Assembly (NCBI GenBank): GCA_032718475.1
Contig: JAUCBJ010002220.1
Coordinates: 1-64,000 of the forward strand
Reading direction: 5' to 3'
DNA from: Nemertoderma westbladi
Taxonomy: Eukaryota; Animalia; Xenacoelomorpha
Length of the DNA stretch: 64,000 bases
Below the pieces are notes generated by a model that was not told the DNA's origin, did not search any database, and was given only the letters and a program-made list of their open reading frames with translations. This document shows, piece after piece, positions 63,201-64,000 of this stretch. How positions within the stretch are numbered: the first letter of the stretch is position 1; each line of letters begins with the position of its first letter. The position numbers were made by a program, and so were the translations under genes.

Positions 63201-64000
63201 TCATCCATCTCCAGGGGAAAGACGAAGCAAAGAATAGCTGATTACTTCTATAAATGTAAGTGTTACCTGTTCTTTTGATTTTCATTTAAGATTCGCTATC
63301 TCATTGAGTGGGTTAGAAGTTATAAATATAAAAATCGATGTCGTTTTTTGTAAAAAATCTGAGGATATTTTGATAAATTATTGCTAAAAAACCCCAAGGA
63401 TTTTGACATGGCTAATACTTCATTATGTTCATGAAAATACTGAGATATTTGAGGTGAATTATTGCGTTACATATTAACTTTGGCTCCAGCCGCTTTGGCA
63501 ATACGATGAAACTATAATAAATATTCTAGAACACAACAATATTAACAGGGAGATAGGCTACTTATCTCTCCACTCTGAGAGCCTCAAAAAGGGGGTGTTC
63601 CGACGCAATCAAAATTCAACCATCTCCAGGGGAAAGACGAAGCAAATAACAGCTGATTACTTCTATAAATGTAAGTGTTACCTGTTCTTTTGACTTTCTT
63701 TTAAGATTCTCTATCTCGTGGAATGGGTTAGAAGTTATAAATATGAAAATCGATGGGGTTTTTGAAAAAAATCAGAGGATATTTTGATAAATTATTGCTG
63801 AAAAACCCCAAGGATTTTAACATGGCTTTAATACTCATTATATTCATGAAAAAACTGAGATATTTGAGGTGAATTATTGCATTACATAATAACTTTAACT
63901 CCAGCCACATTAGCAATACGATGAAACTATAATAAAAATTATAGACCACAACAATATTAATAGGGAGATAGGCTACTTATCTCTTCATTCTGAGAGCCTC

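Larger units (their letters stand above)
51409..64000. repeat. ~415-bp satellite array, right block (HOR periods ~2445 and ~2491 bp)
   Basis: Same monomer and orientation as the left block. Variant monomers recur at 52126/54570, 52517/54961 and 61237/63728. Confidence 0.97.

Noticed and set aside
6335-63949. Many repeated 60-79-aa ORFs (MPKRLEPK..., MLMWLELK..., MCSYAIKF...)
   Set aside because: Chance frames in satellite monomers, mostly with TTG/GTG starts, broken by 1-bp indels in sister monomers, and with no domains.

Overview
Eukaryotic (probably invertebrate) heterochromatin-like window with no host genes. An AT-rich ~415-bp satellite array with higher-order repeats (5208-23236 and 51409-64000) is invaded by at least eight transposable elements. 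These are: the 5' part of a minus-strand LTR retrotransposon (1-5207, element A); a Harbinger-like MITE; a three-layer nest (a 5'-deleted BEL/Pao element, element C, interrupted by a Kolobok transposon and by a non-autonomous CCC-ended TIR element, which itself carries an intact, very young 16.6-kb BEL/Pao element, element B); a 5'-truncated CRE-like RLE non-LTR retrotransposon; and a piggyBac-like MITE. Element B is the most unusual. It has TA...TA termini and no tRNA-type PBS, but an 11-nt segment abutting the 5' LTR is perfectly complementary to an LTR-internal sequence (candidate Tf1-like self-priming). It also has a tRNA-derived Pol III cassette in both LTRs, accessory zinc-knuckle and Arg-rich ORFs, and a 17-bp quasi-palindrome (GGAAGACTYGYGAGCCT) repeated 8 times regardless of reading frame. 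Elements A and C both abut the satellite monomer within 1 bp of the same position. All calls were made by eye; no database searches were run.
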